Shown here: one piece after another, positions 12,127-27,269 of the stretch
How positions within the stretch are numbered: the stretch's first letter is position 1
How the letters are laid out: every line of letters begins with the position of its first letter
Notes under the pieces: generated by a model
The model's input: the letters and a program-made list of their open reading frames with translations, nothing else
Told to the model about the DNA's origin: nothing
Databases searched by the model: none
Source: Octopus vulgaris
Lineage: Eukaryota
DNA length: 64,000 nt
Direction: 5' to 3'
NCBI GenBank assembly: GCA_951406725.2
Contig: OX597818.1
Coordinates: 137,268,001-137,332,000, forward strand
Position numbers and translations under genes: made by a program

Positions 12127-13366
12127 AGAAGGTAATCCAAAAATTGTGAGCACTCTTGTTTCTGTAATTTATTAAAACAAAAGCAAGTGTTGAACAAATA
12201 CTTCATTTTGCAATATAGTCTCTGCTTTTCCATGCATTTCAACCGTCGGTGTACAAGCTTGCTTATTCCATCGGTGGAGAAAGTTTCAGGTTGGTTACCC
12301 AGCCATTCATACCGCTTCCTGCTGCAAATCGACGACGTCGTAAAGGACGTTTTGGTGGCCCAAAGTGGAAGGAGCGAAATCTGGACTGTAAGCAGGCTGT
12401 TCAAGCAACTCTAGACCAAATCTTTTCAATGGTTTCAACGTTGTTGGCGGCTGTATGTTGGCGTACATTGCCATGCAACAATGACTCCTGCTTTGACAAC
12501 AGATCTCGGTATTTGGTAGGAATCGTTGGCTTCAGTTTGTTGGCCACACTCCCTTTCCATGTATTGTTCCAGTACAAGCTCTTTTGTGACTCGCAAAACG
12601 GTTACCAACACTTTCTGCGGAAGATTGAGTCGTGAATTACTTTTTTGTTGACAATTTCGGTGTTTCCATGTCATACACTCCCTTTTGGATTCCGGCTCAA
12701 AGTGATAGACCCAGGTCTCATCCCCCACGATTTTTCTCCAAAAAAGCTTTGCCTTCATATTTTTGGTGGTCGAGTAAGCGTTGACAGATTTCCACACGAT
12801 TGCGTTTATGTGTTTCGGTGAGCTCTCTAAGCACCCATCTCGCACAGATTTTATGGAAATCGTAGATTATTTCGTATGCAGAATCATACTAATTTGCAGA
12901 GAACATGCCACCTCAACTACGTTCTGTTCGCCAGAACCATCTCTCGAGAATCATCTATTGAATCTTCACGTCAGTGATGGATGTTGGTGGGTGTCCTTGC
13001 TGCTTCTTCGTGCTTCACGCTTGTCCGCCTATTTTTTAAAATTTCTCGATGCATTCATACACACTTCTACGCGGTACAGTGCTGTCCCCTATTGTACTGA
13101 AAACCTGCGAATGAATTTCAACTCTTCACACACGTTCAGAACAGAGAAATCGGATCATCGCTCTCTGATCTTCCTAAGTAGCCCGATGCTAACGGAACGG
13201 CCACACTTACTCTGTAACATGAAAAAAGAAAACTGGAGCGATCAGGGTCAAACCTCGATTATGTAACCTCCAGAATATCACCTTATAGTATGTTTGCCCT
13301 GAAGGCAGTGCGGCCTAACTAAAGAACGTTTTAGTGAAACTGCAGATAATTTTTGGCATCCTTTGG
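12127..13366 (-). mobile_element. Decayed mariner transposon (irritans-like)
   Basis: Minus-strand KIVGDETWVYHFEPESKRECMTWKH; C-terminal GISKLVHRRLKCMEK; imperfect TIRs with TA flanks; about 1.24 kb with many frameshifts. Confidence 0.8.
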
Positions 13367-14126
13367 TATGTGTGATAATGTATCGATAGACAGATAGCGG
13401 ATAGATAATTCCTGTAGATAAACAAGAAAAAATGAAAATATAAAGTGCTTGGTTTAAATGTTAATGTTCTGTTAAAAGTATAGAGTCAAAATCAATTTTG
13501 TCTAACTCATTGATTTAATGAATCACATACGCATTACATTCGTACATACTGACGCTAGGGTGCGCAGATACCATTTGCGATAGGACATTTCTAATTAGTA
13601 TTTATCACCTCCAGTGCTACGAATAGAGGACAAAAAACACGTAAGTAAATAATGTGAGAAAGCTGTGTAGCATCTTTGCAGAGAGTATTGGATTGAAACC
13701 ATAGCATGCAGACGGGTCATCCATGTACAATAGAGATAGCACCTACAGCGGGTTTCATATATATATATATATATACACTCACACACATGCACACATACAC
13801 GTGTACACACGAACACATACTTGTAAGTATAAGAGTGTGTGACGAGCAACATCAATTTATTCTGTCAATCATTTCTTATCTGTCACCACACACACACACA
13901 CACACACAAAAATATAAAAGATGCAAAAAATGGGCACAAGAAAAAAAAAGGATAGGAAAGGTGAATTTAAACGAACAATAAGACCTACATGTGTATGTGT
14001 GTGTGTGTGTATATGCATGTGTGTGCGTGTGCATGCGCACGGTGTGTATGTGTGTGTGTGCATTATGACTTTGAACGTCTCTTGTACTTTTGTATTTGTC
14101 TTTATTTGTATTTATTTGGTTTTAGC

Positions 14127-14175
<49 letters not shown>

Positions 14176-14183
14176 CTGTTTAG

Positions 14184-14215
<32 letters not shown>

Positions 14216-14379
14216 GATACTTATATTAGTACAAACAAATATATGCCTGTATATATGTATATATTTATGTATTTATATATGTACGTAGGTTACCGATACG
14301 AAGATATAAGGGGGAAAATTAGCCAATAACAAATAAAGAAATGCACTAAATAAATAGAATAAACTAGAAAATAAATAAG

Positions 14380-14700
14380 AATTGGATCCAGGCGGTATTT
14401 AGTTCTTTGACAGAAAGGTGATGAGTTCCAGAATGGTTTTTGCAAGACTCGGAATTTTGCCATTAGTTGTTTGTTGGCAATTCTTACGCAGTGAGCCGTT
14501 TCTTGGAGTTGTCAAATTTACTAAGCATCTATGTCCAAGCAAGTATTATATTACATTGCTTGAGGGGCGAACAGATTCGGATCGGTGTGAAAATAAAACG
14601 ATTCCGTTAGTAGCCCAAAGGAGAGAGAGACAATAAAGACAGCCACCATCATATTAGAAAGAAGAGATCTTAGATTAACGACAATCTTGCCACAAATTCT
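14380..14700 (-). mobile_element. Possible L1/Tx1 ORF2 C-terminal remnant
   Basis: Minus strand LLW...RNRFIF (frameshifted), resembling the IW..RN..IF motif at the end of L1/Tx1 ORF2. Confidence 0.35.
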
Positions 14701-14755
14701 TTGTTTACTCAATGCTTTTTTTTACGTTTGTGTGTGTGAGTGCATGTGTATACGC

Positions 14756-14789
<34 letters not shown>

Positions 14790-15585
14790 TAGCTTATTGT
14801 TCATTTCTCATCTCTTACCCTTATTTATGGATGTGCGAATATATATATATAGATGCTTCAATATATATATATATATATACATGTATGCATACATATACAT
14901 ACATGCATACATATACACATACATATACATACATACATATACACACATACATATACATACACACATATATACATACACCCATATATATACACATATATAT
15001 ACACACGCATATATATACACATATATATATACACATATATATATTTATATATACACACACATATATATACACAAATACACACACACACACATATGTATAT
15101 ATATATATATATGTGTGTGTATGTATATATATATATAGATGTAAAATGTGTGCGTTGTTATGTCAGCGCTTGTATGTGATTTCTCTCTTTACATGAATTT
15201 TCCTATTATCATATTTTTATCTGTTTATTTTCCGTAGTTTTTTTTCTGCTTGAAACTTTATTTTTTGCTCATCATCATCATCATCATCATCATCATCTTC
15301 ATCATCATCATCATCATCATCATCTTCATCATCATCATCATCATCATCATCATTATTATTATTATTTCATCATTTATTTTTAGCCGTTTTTTTGTTTTGA
15401 TTTTTGGTGGGTGGCGAAGGATTGGTTTTGATAGGAAAAGAATTGTCTTGGAATCTATTGGAGATAATCTTAGGTTTAAATAAAGAAAGAAAAAACAAAA
15501 AAATCTAGTCGATATATAAATAAGAAGAAACAAAAATACCTACGTGGAGAAAATATATGAAGTGGACAAAAAAAATAAGAAATAA

Positions 15586-16015
15586 AAGAAGAAGAAGAAG
15601 AAGAAGAAGAAGACGAAGAAGAAGAAGAAGAAGAAGGAGAAGAAGAAGAAGAAGGAGAAGAATGAGGAAGTGGAGGAGGAGGAGAAGAAGAAGAAGAAGA
15701 AGAAGACGAAGAAGAAGAAGAAGAAGAAGAAGAAGAAGAAGAAGAAGAAGAAGAAGAAGACGAAGAAGAAGAAGAAGAAGAAGAAGAAGACGAAGAAGAA
15801 GAAGAAGAAGAAGGAGAAGAAGAAGAAGAAGAAGAAGGAGAAGAAGAAGAAGTGGAGGAGGAGGAGAAGAAGAAGAAGAAGGAGAAGAATGAGGAAGTGG
15901 AGGAGGAGGAGAAGAAGAAGAAGAAGAAGAAGAAGAAGACGAAGAAGAAGAAGAAGAAGAAGAAGAAGAAGAAGAAGAAGAAGAAGAAGAAGAACGTGGA
16001 GGAGAAGAGGAAGAG
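15586..16015. repeat. (AAG)n/(AGG)n purine microsatellite
   Basis: About 430 bp of near-pure GAA repeats with recurring GAC/GAG variants. Confidence 0.95.
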
Positions 16016-16590
16016 AAAAATCTGAGTACAGCAAATCTATGACAACTAGGACAATAGCAAAAACAACAAAAGCAGCAAAATATCAGGTGATGACATGAGC
16101 CAACAAAATAAATAAATAAATAAATAATATAATAGATAAATGTATATTAAAAAAAATCAATAACGAATGCAAAGGGAGAAAAAAAATAGGTGGAGAAAAA
16201 CATAAAAAAAACAAACAAAAAAAAGAAAGATGTAAACGGTGAGAGCAAAAGGATGAACCAATAAAAAATGCGTTAACATATTTAGTTCTGGCCTAGAAAA
16301 AGTGTTTTGTCTAAAACAGTAGGGTTTGCGGGAAGGGGTTTTGGATATTCCAGACATGGGTCACAAGTAAAGTATATTCATTAAGCGTATCATTCAATTT
16401 AACAGTACATGCGAATATACATACACACAAACACACACACACGCACACACACACACACACACACACTCACACACACATATATACACATATGCACACACAA
16501 GTATGCGCACACGGATATTCAGACATGTGTACGTAGATACAAAATTATTCGCGCGCGCACTTACGCACATATGTGTACCCGTGTGTGTAT

Positions 16591-16633
<43 letters not shown>

Positions 16634-16727
16634 CATACATATCTAATGTAGGATAAAATATTTTCGAAAAAATTTTTTATCAATGGCCGGCATATTAAAA
16701 AAATACCTTTAAAGGTTAAATTTATAA

Positions 16728-17090
16728 ACAACTTATAAATAAGGGCAAACGAAAAAATTTGTAATTCCAAATATGCCGAAATTGGACATATTGTCCATAA
16801 CCATATAATTTTTCACAATACGCACGTTACTCGAAAAAAGTCGACAGAAATTTCTAAAAAAATCCATTATTACCATATCGGACCGATTTCAGGGTTAGTT
16901 CATAAGGGAGGGTTCTTGTGAACTAACCCTGAAATCGGTCCGATATGGTAATAATGGATTTTTAAAAATTTCTGTCGATCTTTTCGAGTAGCGTGCGTAT
17001 TGTGAAATATTATATGGTTATGGACAATATGTCCAATTTTGCCATATTCGGCATTAGAAATTCTTTCGTTTGCCCTTATTTATAAGTTGT
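16728..17090. repeat. Long near-perfect palindrome (fold-back/MITE-like), arms about 178 bp, loop about 8 nt
   Basis: ACAACTTATAAATAAGGGCAAACG...GGGTTAGTTCATAAG | GGAGGGTT | CTTGTGAACTAACCC...CGTTTGCCCTTATTTATAAGTTGT. Confidence 0.92.
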
Positions 17091-17092
17091 AT

Positions 17093-17202
<110 letters not shown>

Positions 17203-17203
17203 G

Positions 17204-17295
<92 letters not shown>

Positions 17296-17482
17296 AATAT
17301 ATATATATTTGTGAATGTGCTTGTTGAGCATGTATGTTTCTATGACACTATTTGTGTTTGTGTATGCACATGCGACCTTAAGATTTATATGCGTAAGTTT
17401 ATCTCTCTATATATCTATATCTGTCTCTCCGCCTAACAGTCTATTTGTTTGTAGTTTACCTGTAAGTAATTAACGTCTCTAT

Positions 17483-17910
17483 AGCAAGCCAGGTAAAATG
17501 CTTAGAGACTTTTTGTTCGTCTTTACGTTCTGAGTTCAAATGCCGTTGGTATCAACTTTGCCTCTTATCCTTTCGGGGTCGATAAAATAAGTACCAGGGG
17601 AACACTGGGGTCGATGTAATCGACTTAGCCCCTTTACCGAAACTTCTGGCCTTGTGCCAAAACTTGGAATCAATATTATGTAGCATAAATTAAGGCGGTG
17701 AACTGGCAGAAACGTTAGCACTCCGGGCGAAATGCTTAGCGGCAATTCGTCGATCTTTACATTCTGAGTTCAAATTCTGCCGCGGTTGATTTCATCTTTC
17801 ATCCTTTCAGGGTCGATAGAATACGTACCAATTGAACACTGGGGTCGATGTAATCGACTTAGCCCTCCTCCCGAAATTGCTGGCATTGTTCCAAAATTTT
17901 AAACCAATAT
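17483..17910 (+). mobile_element. Two tandem diverged SINE family B copies
   Basis: Both carry TTCTGAGTTCAAAT...CCTTTC.GGGTCGATA...CACTGGGGTCGATGTAATCGACTTAGCCC. Confidence 0.8.
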
Positions 17911-18413
17911 TACTTAGTACAACTTATCTAGCGTTATATGTTTTAGAAACTTTTACAGCATAAAAATTTTGTCAGTCAATGTTGACCGTGCATCTAACGT
18001 ACATGCGGAAAGTTGGACAATATTTCTCGAGGACGTCTAGTATTTGCTCATGGATACAACCCCTAGCGTCTCCGTGACACGGATGTTATCTAAGGGAAAA
18101 GCCAACGATTTGAATCGATACAATCTGGTACAGCTGATGCCATAGGCGTTACTGTCAGAATATAAAGAAGTAGAACAGATACTGTAAATTTCCTCATCCG
18201 ATTCTCTAACAGGCCTGTTAATTCACTGCCCCAGGATGGAATATTTTCAATTTCGAAAGAATGAAAGGTGAGAAATTAACCTCATTGGTATTTCAACTCA
18301 GAATGCAGGGAGTCGGGACAAATGCTGCGAGTTATTGTATTGAACATTTTAACGATTCTGTCGTTTTTTATATGCAAACATGCATTCATTTATACATTAT
18401 ACATTTATATATC

Positions 18414-18512
<99 letters not shown>

Positions 18513-18698
18513 TTGAGTAGTTGAATGAATTATCTTATTAAGGATAATTCGAAAGATAACCGATACCTGGGTAGCAAATTCACATCAGAATTAGGAATAT
18601 GCAGCCTAATTAGGAATTAGGAATATGCAGCCTTCGAAACATATGTCGAGAATAAAGGATATTTGTTAACTAGTCGTTCAACTCCATTTTTTCATATA

Positions 18699-18743
<45 letters not shown>

Positions 18744-18799
18744 GCATATCCTATATAAATGTACATGCAGACATATACACGTAAATATTTATTGGGTTG

Positions 18800-18948
18800 A
18801 GTTTCGGTCTACCAAATCCGCTCACAAGGCTTTGATCGGCCCGAGGCTATAGTAGAAGAGATTTGCACACGGTACCCCGCAGTAGGACTGAACCCGGTAG
18901 CATATAGTTGGGTAGCAAGCTTCTTACCACACAGCCACCCCTGCGCCT
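18800..18948 (-). mobile_element. SINE family C 5' half, diverged
   Basis: TCTACCAAATCC.CTCACAAGGC...CTTACCACACAGCCAC..CTGCGCC. Confidence 0.7.
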
Positions 18949-19177
18949 ATCTGAATTAAAAATGTACATGTTGAGTGTGTATGTATGTGTGAGTGTGTAT
19001 GTGTGTGTGTGTGTGTGTGTGCGTGTTTTTGAGCCTGTGTTCGTTCCTACCGCGCTCCAAATGGTTTTCGTATTTACGTTTACATCCCCGTAAGCTAGTC
19101 ATTCGGCGCAAATGACCGATAAAATACGCACCATACTTTAAAAAGATCTGCTGGAGACAATTTATTCGCTAAAGCCT

Positions 19178-19362
19178 ATTTCTTTACTGCCCACAAGGGG
19201 CTAAACACAGAGAGGGCAAACAATGACAGACAAACGGATTAAGTCGATTATATCGACCCCAGTGCGCAACTGGTACTTATTTAATCGACCGCGAAAGGAT
19301 GAAAGGCAAAGACGACCTCGGCGGAATTTGAACTCAGAACCCGGCGTGCTAACGTTTCTGAC
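19178..19362 (-). mobile_element. SINE family B with internal deletion
   Basis: Reverse-complement match to 9679-9909. Confidence 0.8.
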
Positions 19363-19481
19363 CCAGCATGGAGGCAGCCCTCTAACTGAAAAAATAAAAT
19401 GTATAAGAATAAACAAGAAAATTGTAGCAGAGCTGGGTGATAGTGGTGTCAGACGTGGTATGCAGATCATCATATAACTTA

Positions 19482-19655
19482 TTTGACATGATCAAGGCGT
19501 TTTTTATTCTTCTCTTCCATTAAATTTTGACATGCATATTCCGCTTTTATTCTCCTCTTCCGTTTTATTTTGACATGCGCATTGTTTTTATTCTTCTCTT
19601 CCGTTTTATTTTGACTTGACCATTGCATTTTTATATGCTTCTCTTCCGGTTTACG
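19482..19655. repeat. Minisatellite, about 42-bp unit x4
   Basis: Unit TTTGACATG.....TTTTATTCTTCTCTTCCGTTTTAT repeated four times. Confidence 0.75.
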
Positions 19656-20169
19656 AATCCAGTTTGCACATGCACATTGCGTCTTCATACTTCGCTTTCC
19701 GCTTCATACTCAAAGCTGTTTACAGTTCACAACCATCTCACGAACTTACGGTCTTGAGGAGCAGTTTGCTCTGCGATGGTTGTGAAAAAATATCAGCGAA
19801 ACGTGTTTAGCAATATATCTTTCTACCACACGAATAATATGCACAAGACAACAGGATAGTCGATCGGCCTAATAGAATTTGTAACCAAGTTTCCCGCAAA
19901 ATACCCCCTAAAGTATTAGAGAAAAGGTCACGTTGTTTAACGGGGACTTAAGTATTTTGTATACATAAAAAAGACGGGATGTTTACAATCAGAATGCTTG
20001 GGTCTTGAGCCTTCTCAATGAAGGCTAACCTGGGTTAAACGATAACTCCAACAAAACCAATTACAACAAAATTTTCAGAGACAACGACACGCAGGTAGAA
20101 TTCTCAGTCATCACAAATAGGAGATCTTGTAATTATCTAGTGCCCTTACATTCCCGCCTCACGTATATA

Positions 20170-20387
20170 CAAGGAGGCGCTAAAAATTTCCTGGCTTTGA
20201 GTAAAAGAAAATACAGGAGGTTCATATAATTATGATTTAATCATCATATTCCCCTTTCAGATTCACACACTTATTGTAGCGGTCCTTCAATTTTTGTAAG
20301 CCTTGTGAAAAAAATTTCGGACTGTTCGACTTACAACCAGACCTTTCGCGATACACAAATGTCAGGAACTTTTCAGCACTCACCTCG
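20170..20387 (-). mobile_element. Mariner internal-deletion derivative (MITE)
   Basis: TIRs CAAGGAGGCGCTAAAAATTTCCTGGC and GTCAGGAACTTTTCAGCACTCACCTCG with TA flanks; minus strand retains transposase C-terminus GLQKLKDRYNKCVNLKGEYDD*. Confidence 0.75.
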
Positions 20388-20404
20388 TAAGATTCCTAAG
20401 CTCT

Positions 20405-20607
20405 CTCTGTTACTCTGTTACTCTGTTACTTGTTTCAGTCAGTTGACTGCGGCCATGCTGGAGCACCACCTTTAGTCGAGCAAATCGACCCCGGGACTTA
20501 TTCTTTGTAAGCCCAGTACTTATTCTATCGGTCTGTTTTGCCGAACCGCTAAGTGACGGGGACGTAAACACACCAGCATCGGTTGTCAAGCAATGCTAGG
20601 GAGACAA

Positions 20608-20638
<31 letters not shown>

Positions 20639-20809
20639 CATATATACGACAGGCTTCTTTCAGTTTCCGTCTATCAAATCCACTCACAAGGCATTGGTCG
20701 GCCCGAGGCTATAGTAGAAGACACTTGCCCAAGATGCCACGCGGTGGGACTGAACCCGGAATCATGTGGTTGGTAAGCAAGCTACTTACCACACAGCCAC
20801 TCCTGCGCC
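20405..20809 (-). mobile_element. SINE family C (full length)
   Basis: Near-identical to 2569-2977, includes the 5' GGCGCAGGAGTGGCTGTGTGG. Confidence 0.88.
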
Positions 20810-21272
20810 TTGTATTTTTATTCTATATCCGAATCTTTCAGTCGTGATCAATTCCTGACTTATAAATTGAACCACTTTAGGTTAGAGCTGCCATATTTGG
20901 GACCACATCCAAAGAAAGGTTAACCTGAAATTTGTTTATAGAAGCGCCGTTTCTTTTCTCTGTTTCTTCTACGTTTTAGATTTCTTATCCGCTTTCTCTA
21001 ATAAGGAAGCTAATAATCAATTCCCCCTTATCAAATCATCTTGCATCGTGTTGAACTCTTACTATCTCACAAACCTAAATCCGTTTCTAGAAAGTGCTCT
21101 TGGACTAGAGTCTTCTTTGGTTCACTCAGTGAATATATCTTTCGTGCAGCCACCTACTTAGAAATGTTAAACATCATCAACAGTTGATCTTAACAATTTG
21201 GATGGAATTGCAAAAGTCGTTGACAACACTTCTTTCTTCTCACACAAAATAATAATAATAATAATAATAATG

Positions 21273-21315
<43 letters not shown>

Positions 21316-21323
21316 TGATGATG

Positions 21324-21364
<41 letters not shown>

Positions 21365-21374
21365 GATGATAATG

Positions 21375-21436
<62 letters not shown>

Positions 21437-21476
21437 GATGATGATGATGAGGAGGAGGAGGAGGAAGAGGAGAATG

Positions 21477-21550
<74 letters not shown>

Positions 21551-21555
21551 AATAA

Positions 21556-22130
21556 ATGCCCTGATGCAGTACTATGCCCTGATGCAGTACCAGGCAGTGG
21601 CTCTCATGGCTTCTGATCTTGACTGATTGGAAGTGTTATCATGTACATTGTTTTGTCTTGGTATAAAAGATGGGCTACAGCAAAAATTCTGCTCAATACC
21701 ACAGATTTGCTTGTCAGTTGTTTGACCTTAACCAGTTGAGCATGTCCCTTAGTGGCTGACGATATGTGCATCTCTGATCACGAGCAGAAGTAGTGGGGGA
21801 GCATCATAGCCGTGTGTTGAGAGGGATTCTTTGGGGTTTGAATAATTCACCTCTGGAAACATAGGTGGTTCTTTCAACATCCTTAAACAACCCTTATTCA
21901 GGGACCTTTTTGAGCGGGATGGGCTACTCGACCTGAAGAAAATTCTATCTGGGCCCCACCTGCAAGGTCATGTGCAGTTTATCTTGATATGAGATCACCA
22001 TGCCGCGCACATATGGTTGTGATGCATGTGCCTGGTGTGCCCTTATCAGACGGGTAGTCATGATGGGTATATTGGGCTTCGTATATTTTACCCCAGTGTC
22101 ACTTTGATGGCATGAACTGCTCTCTCACTC
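21556..22130 (+). mobile_element. Non-coding interspersed repeat embedded in (TAA)n arrays
   Basis: Unique-looking 575-bp segment flanked by (TAA)n on both sides; second inverted, 5'-truncated copy at 25375-25924. Confidence 0.8.
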
Positions 22131-22176
22131 AATAATAATAATAATAATAATAATAATGATGATGATGATGATGATG

Positions 22177-22217
<41 letters not shown>

Positions 22218-22245
22218 GATGATGATAATAATAATAATAATAGTA

Positions 22246-22369
<124 letters not shown>

Positions 22370-22436
22370 GGATGAGGATGATGATGATGATGATAATAAT
22401 AATAATAATAATAATAATAACATTGATAATAATAAT

Positions 22437-22475
<39 letters not shown>

Positions 22476-23070
22476 TGAGTAATTTGAAAAAACCTGGATC
22501 TGCCCATTGATAAAAACTGGTGGGAAACTCCAGTGCTTGAAAATGATCACATCTTACTCCTCTGGAAGTTTACCGTTCAAAGTGGTTGAAAGAAAGATGC
22601 GAATAGGCCAGACATATTGAAAGACTTCAGACAAAACCATGCCTCATTAATTTAACGGTCCCAATCGACATATATGTATCTGTGAAGACCTACCAAAAAT
22701 TGAGCAAGTATAAAGATATTGAAATAGAAATCGGCAAAATGTGGAAGCTCGAGACTAAAACAATACCTATTGTCATAGGTGCCCTAGGAACGATAGCAAA
22801 AGGGGATGATTGCTACGTAGCTCAGATACCCGGAAACCCTAAAATGGGAACTGCCCATATCCTACAGAAAATATTGTCTATGTAATCTCAAATTCTAAAA
22901 CAAACTTATAATTTTCTAATGTTTTCTTAAACATTCTCTAGAACAATACTATGTGCAAAACCCAAGTATGTGACCTCCAAATCATAATACCGACTTGAAA
23001 TTCTAACTTGTTGTCTCTTGAGGTCTCTGGGTGAGACTTGGAGTCAACCTGTACAAATACAACGCCAGTA
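22476..23070 (+). mobile_element. R4/Dong-like non-LTR retrotransposon 3' fragment inserted in (TAA)n
   Basis: LENDHILLLWKF...ANRPDI...KLSKYKDIEIEIGKMWKLETKTIPIVIGALG (RLE domain); both ends abut (TAA)n, the established Dong target. Confidence 0.85.
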
Positions 23071-23081
23071 TAATAATAATG

Positions 23082-23143
<62 letters not shown>

Positions 23144-23438
23144 GATGATGATGATGATGATGATGATGATAAAGCTGATGATGATAACAACAACAACAGT
23201 AATGATAATAGGAGATATAAGCACACCTAAACATTGAGATCATACATACATACATACATATATACATACATACATACATGCTTACATACATACATGCTTA
23301 CATACATACATACATAAAAAACACATATATACATAAAAAACGAAGAGAGGAATAAAGGAAATTAGAGTGAGGGGTAACAAACACGTTTTTACAGATCCTC
23401 TTTTTCCCTCTCTCTTTTTGTGATGATTTCCCTTCCAG

Positions 23439-23565
<127 letters not shown>

Positions 23566-24223
23566 TGTACGTATGTATGTTTGTATGTATGTATGTATGT
23601 ATGTATGTATGTATGTATGTATGTATGTATTAGCGTCCTTTTTTGCTTCTCAAAAAGTATTGCATGAGATGGCACAAAACGGATTTTATCATTAGTCAAT
23701 CTTGACACGACTGCATCTGTCAAAACTGATAGATGCAGCCTGTTTACTGGTGGACAGTTATTAAGAGACGCCATTTTACCATTGTCTTGTTTGGGTTAAC
23801 TGGAGATCTTTCGCTAAAAGCTTTTGGTCATAGACGTGCTCACACACACATACACACACATATGCATGTACACGCATACACATGCACACACACTCACAGA
23901 CATCCACACACGTACACGCGCGTATACACACGCACAGGCAACACATACAGATATGTGTATGTTTGGAAGTATATGCATATACAAATAGTTTTCATATATG
24001 TATGCATGTGTGTTTGTATGTAGGTATATATATGTGTTTGTGTATGAATATATATACATATATATAAATATATATAGATAGATAGCTACTTATCGACACA
24101 CACATATATATGAGTGTGTGTGTGTATATGTGTGTGCGCGTATATCGATAAGTACCTATCTATCTACGCACACACATATATGCATATACATACATGAGTG
24201 CCCTTCGTTTGTCTATTCACTTG

Positions 24224-24260
<37 letters not shown>

Positions 24261-24289
24261 ATATAAGAGAACAAAGTGTACGTACGCCG

Positions 24290-24386
<97 letters not shown>

Positions 24387-24863
24387 GATAGATAGATATA
24401 GATATATAGATATATATTTATATATGGACAGAAAGATGGATTAGTAAATAGATTGATATAGATACCAATATAGATTAAGCTAGGACTACTCACACACACG
24501 CGGGCATACACGCACACACACACACGCGCACGCACATGCATACACACACTTATACAAAAATTACTAGAATTGCTCGTAATAAACTAGACACACCCACGAC
24601 CCAAAATGGAACCAGAATTATTAATATTCAGCAACTGAAGGTTGGAAATGAGACACCTTCCATTGCGCTTTCACGCTACCAAAAAAAACCCCACAAACGT
24701 GGGCATTTCCATTCGCGTATATGTATATATGTTGTACAAATCATAAGTAAAAAAACTGAAAAAAAAAGGAAGTGCAAATGGATAATGCACCTTCCACTTG
24801 TAGTTGTTGTTGTTGTTGTTGTAGCAGCAGTAATATAATTATTGTTATCATTTATTGTTGTTC

Positions 24864-24917
<54 letters not shown>

Positions 24918-24928
24918 TGATGATGATG

Positions 24929-24996
<68 letters not shown>

Positions 24997-25017
24997 TATT
25001 ATTATTATTATTATTAT

Positions 25018-25049
<32 letters not shown>

Positions 25050-25060
25050 GTAGTAGTAGT

Positions 25061-25280
25061 AGGCGGCAAGCTGGCAGAATTGTTAGTACGCTGAATAACA
25101 TGCTTAGCGGCACTTCGTCCGTCCTTACGCTCTGAGTACAAATTCTACCGAGGTCGACTTTGCCTTTTATCCTTTTCATGGTTGATAAATTGAGTACTAG
25201 CTGAGCACTTTGGGTCGATGTAATCGACTCACTCGTCGCCTGAAATTTCAGCCCTTGTGCATTTACTGGAAAGGATTATT
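25061..25280 (+). mobile_element. SINE family B, diverged
   Basis: AGGCGGCAAGCTGGCAGAAT...GAGGTCGACTTTGCCTTT... Confidence 0.75.
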
Positions 25281-25299
25281 ATTATTATTACTGGAAAGG

Positions 25300-26100
<801 letters not shown>

Positions 26101-26106
26101 TAGTTA

Positions 26107-26325
26107 AGGCAGCGAGTTGGCAGAATCGTTAGCGCGCCGGTCGAAATTCTTAGCGTTATTTTGCCCATCGGTACATTCTGAGTTCAAATTCCGCAAAGGT
26201 TGACTTATCTTTCATCCATTCGAGGTCGATAAAAGAAGTACCAGTTGAACACTAGGGTCGATGTAATCGGCTCATCTCCTCCACCACAATTTTTGCCTTT
26301 GTGGCAAAATTCGAAACCATTATTA
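26107..26325 (+). mobile_element. SINE family B, diverged
   Basis: AGGCAGCGAGTTGGCAGAATCGTTAG...TTCTGAGTTCAAATTCCG... Confidence 0.75.
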
Positions 26326-26740
26326 TAATTAGTAGTAGCAGCAGTAGAAGCTGTAGTAGTAGTTGTAGTAGTAGTAGTAGTAGTAGTAGTATGAGTAGGA
26401 GTGTGTATGTATGTATCGTGATAAGTGGTAGGTGAGACGCTATGGTATTGCTTTCGTCCTGGGTGTATATATAAAAATTAAAGATTCAGTGCAGGAAGAC
26501 AAATAACTACTACTACTACTACTACCATCACTACCACCACCACTACTACTACTGCAGTTGCTGCTGTTGCTGCTGCTATTACTACTACTAAGAATAATTA
26601 TAATGATAACTTCTTAGTTTTTTAATATACATAAGTATATACGCGTTAAAAAAAAGCACGATACACACCTACACACACTAATATATATATATATACAAAT
26701 GTATTCCGACTCCCCAAGCACACGTATAAACACACACACA

Positions 26741-26813
<73 letters not shown>

Positions 26814-27129
26814 TACCCCAAAACGAAAAACACTAACTTAACAAAAATTCTTAACAACCGGAGGACGTGGTACATGGAAAGTATTAAAAGACGCTCAGGG
26901 AAAGAAAGAAAGAAAGGGTGTTTTACGTTTCGAGCAAATGTTTTTTTTTTCATAAAAAGGGGGCAGAAGAACGTCCAAGAGAAAAGGAAGACGGTAGAAA
27001 AAGATTGCCCAAATCTACATGTAGTTACATTTATCTACATATATATGTGTGTGTGTGTGTGTGTATGTGTATGTGCGTACATACATGTAAAATATAAAGT
27101 TATATATATATATATATATACATACAGAC

Positions 27130-27183
<54 letters not shown>

Positions 27184-27190
27184 GTATATA

Positions 27191-27269
<79 letters not shown>

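Noticed and set aside
15540-16098. Poly-Arg/Lys/Phe ORFs
   Set aside because: (AAG)n microsatellite lacking stop codons
21556-21600. CCCTGATGCAGTACC as hammerhead core or U2 snRNA fragment
   Set aside because: Reads CUGAUGC rather than CUGANGA with no matching GAAA or stems; U2 similarity only about 10 nt
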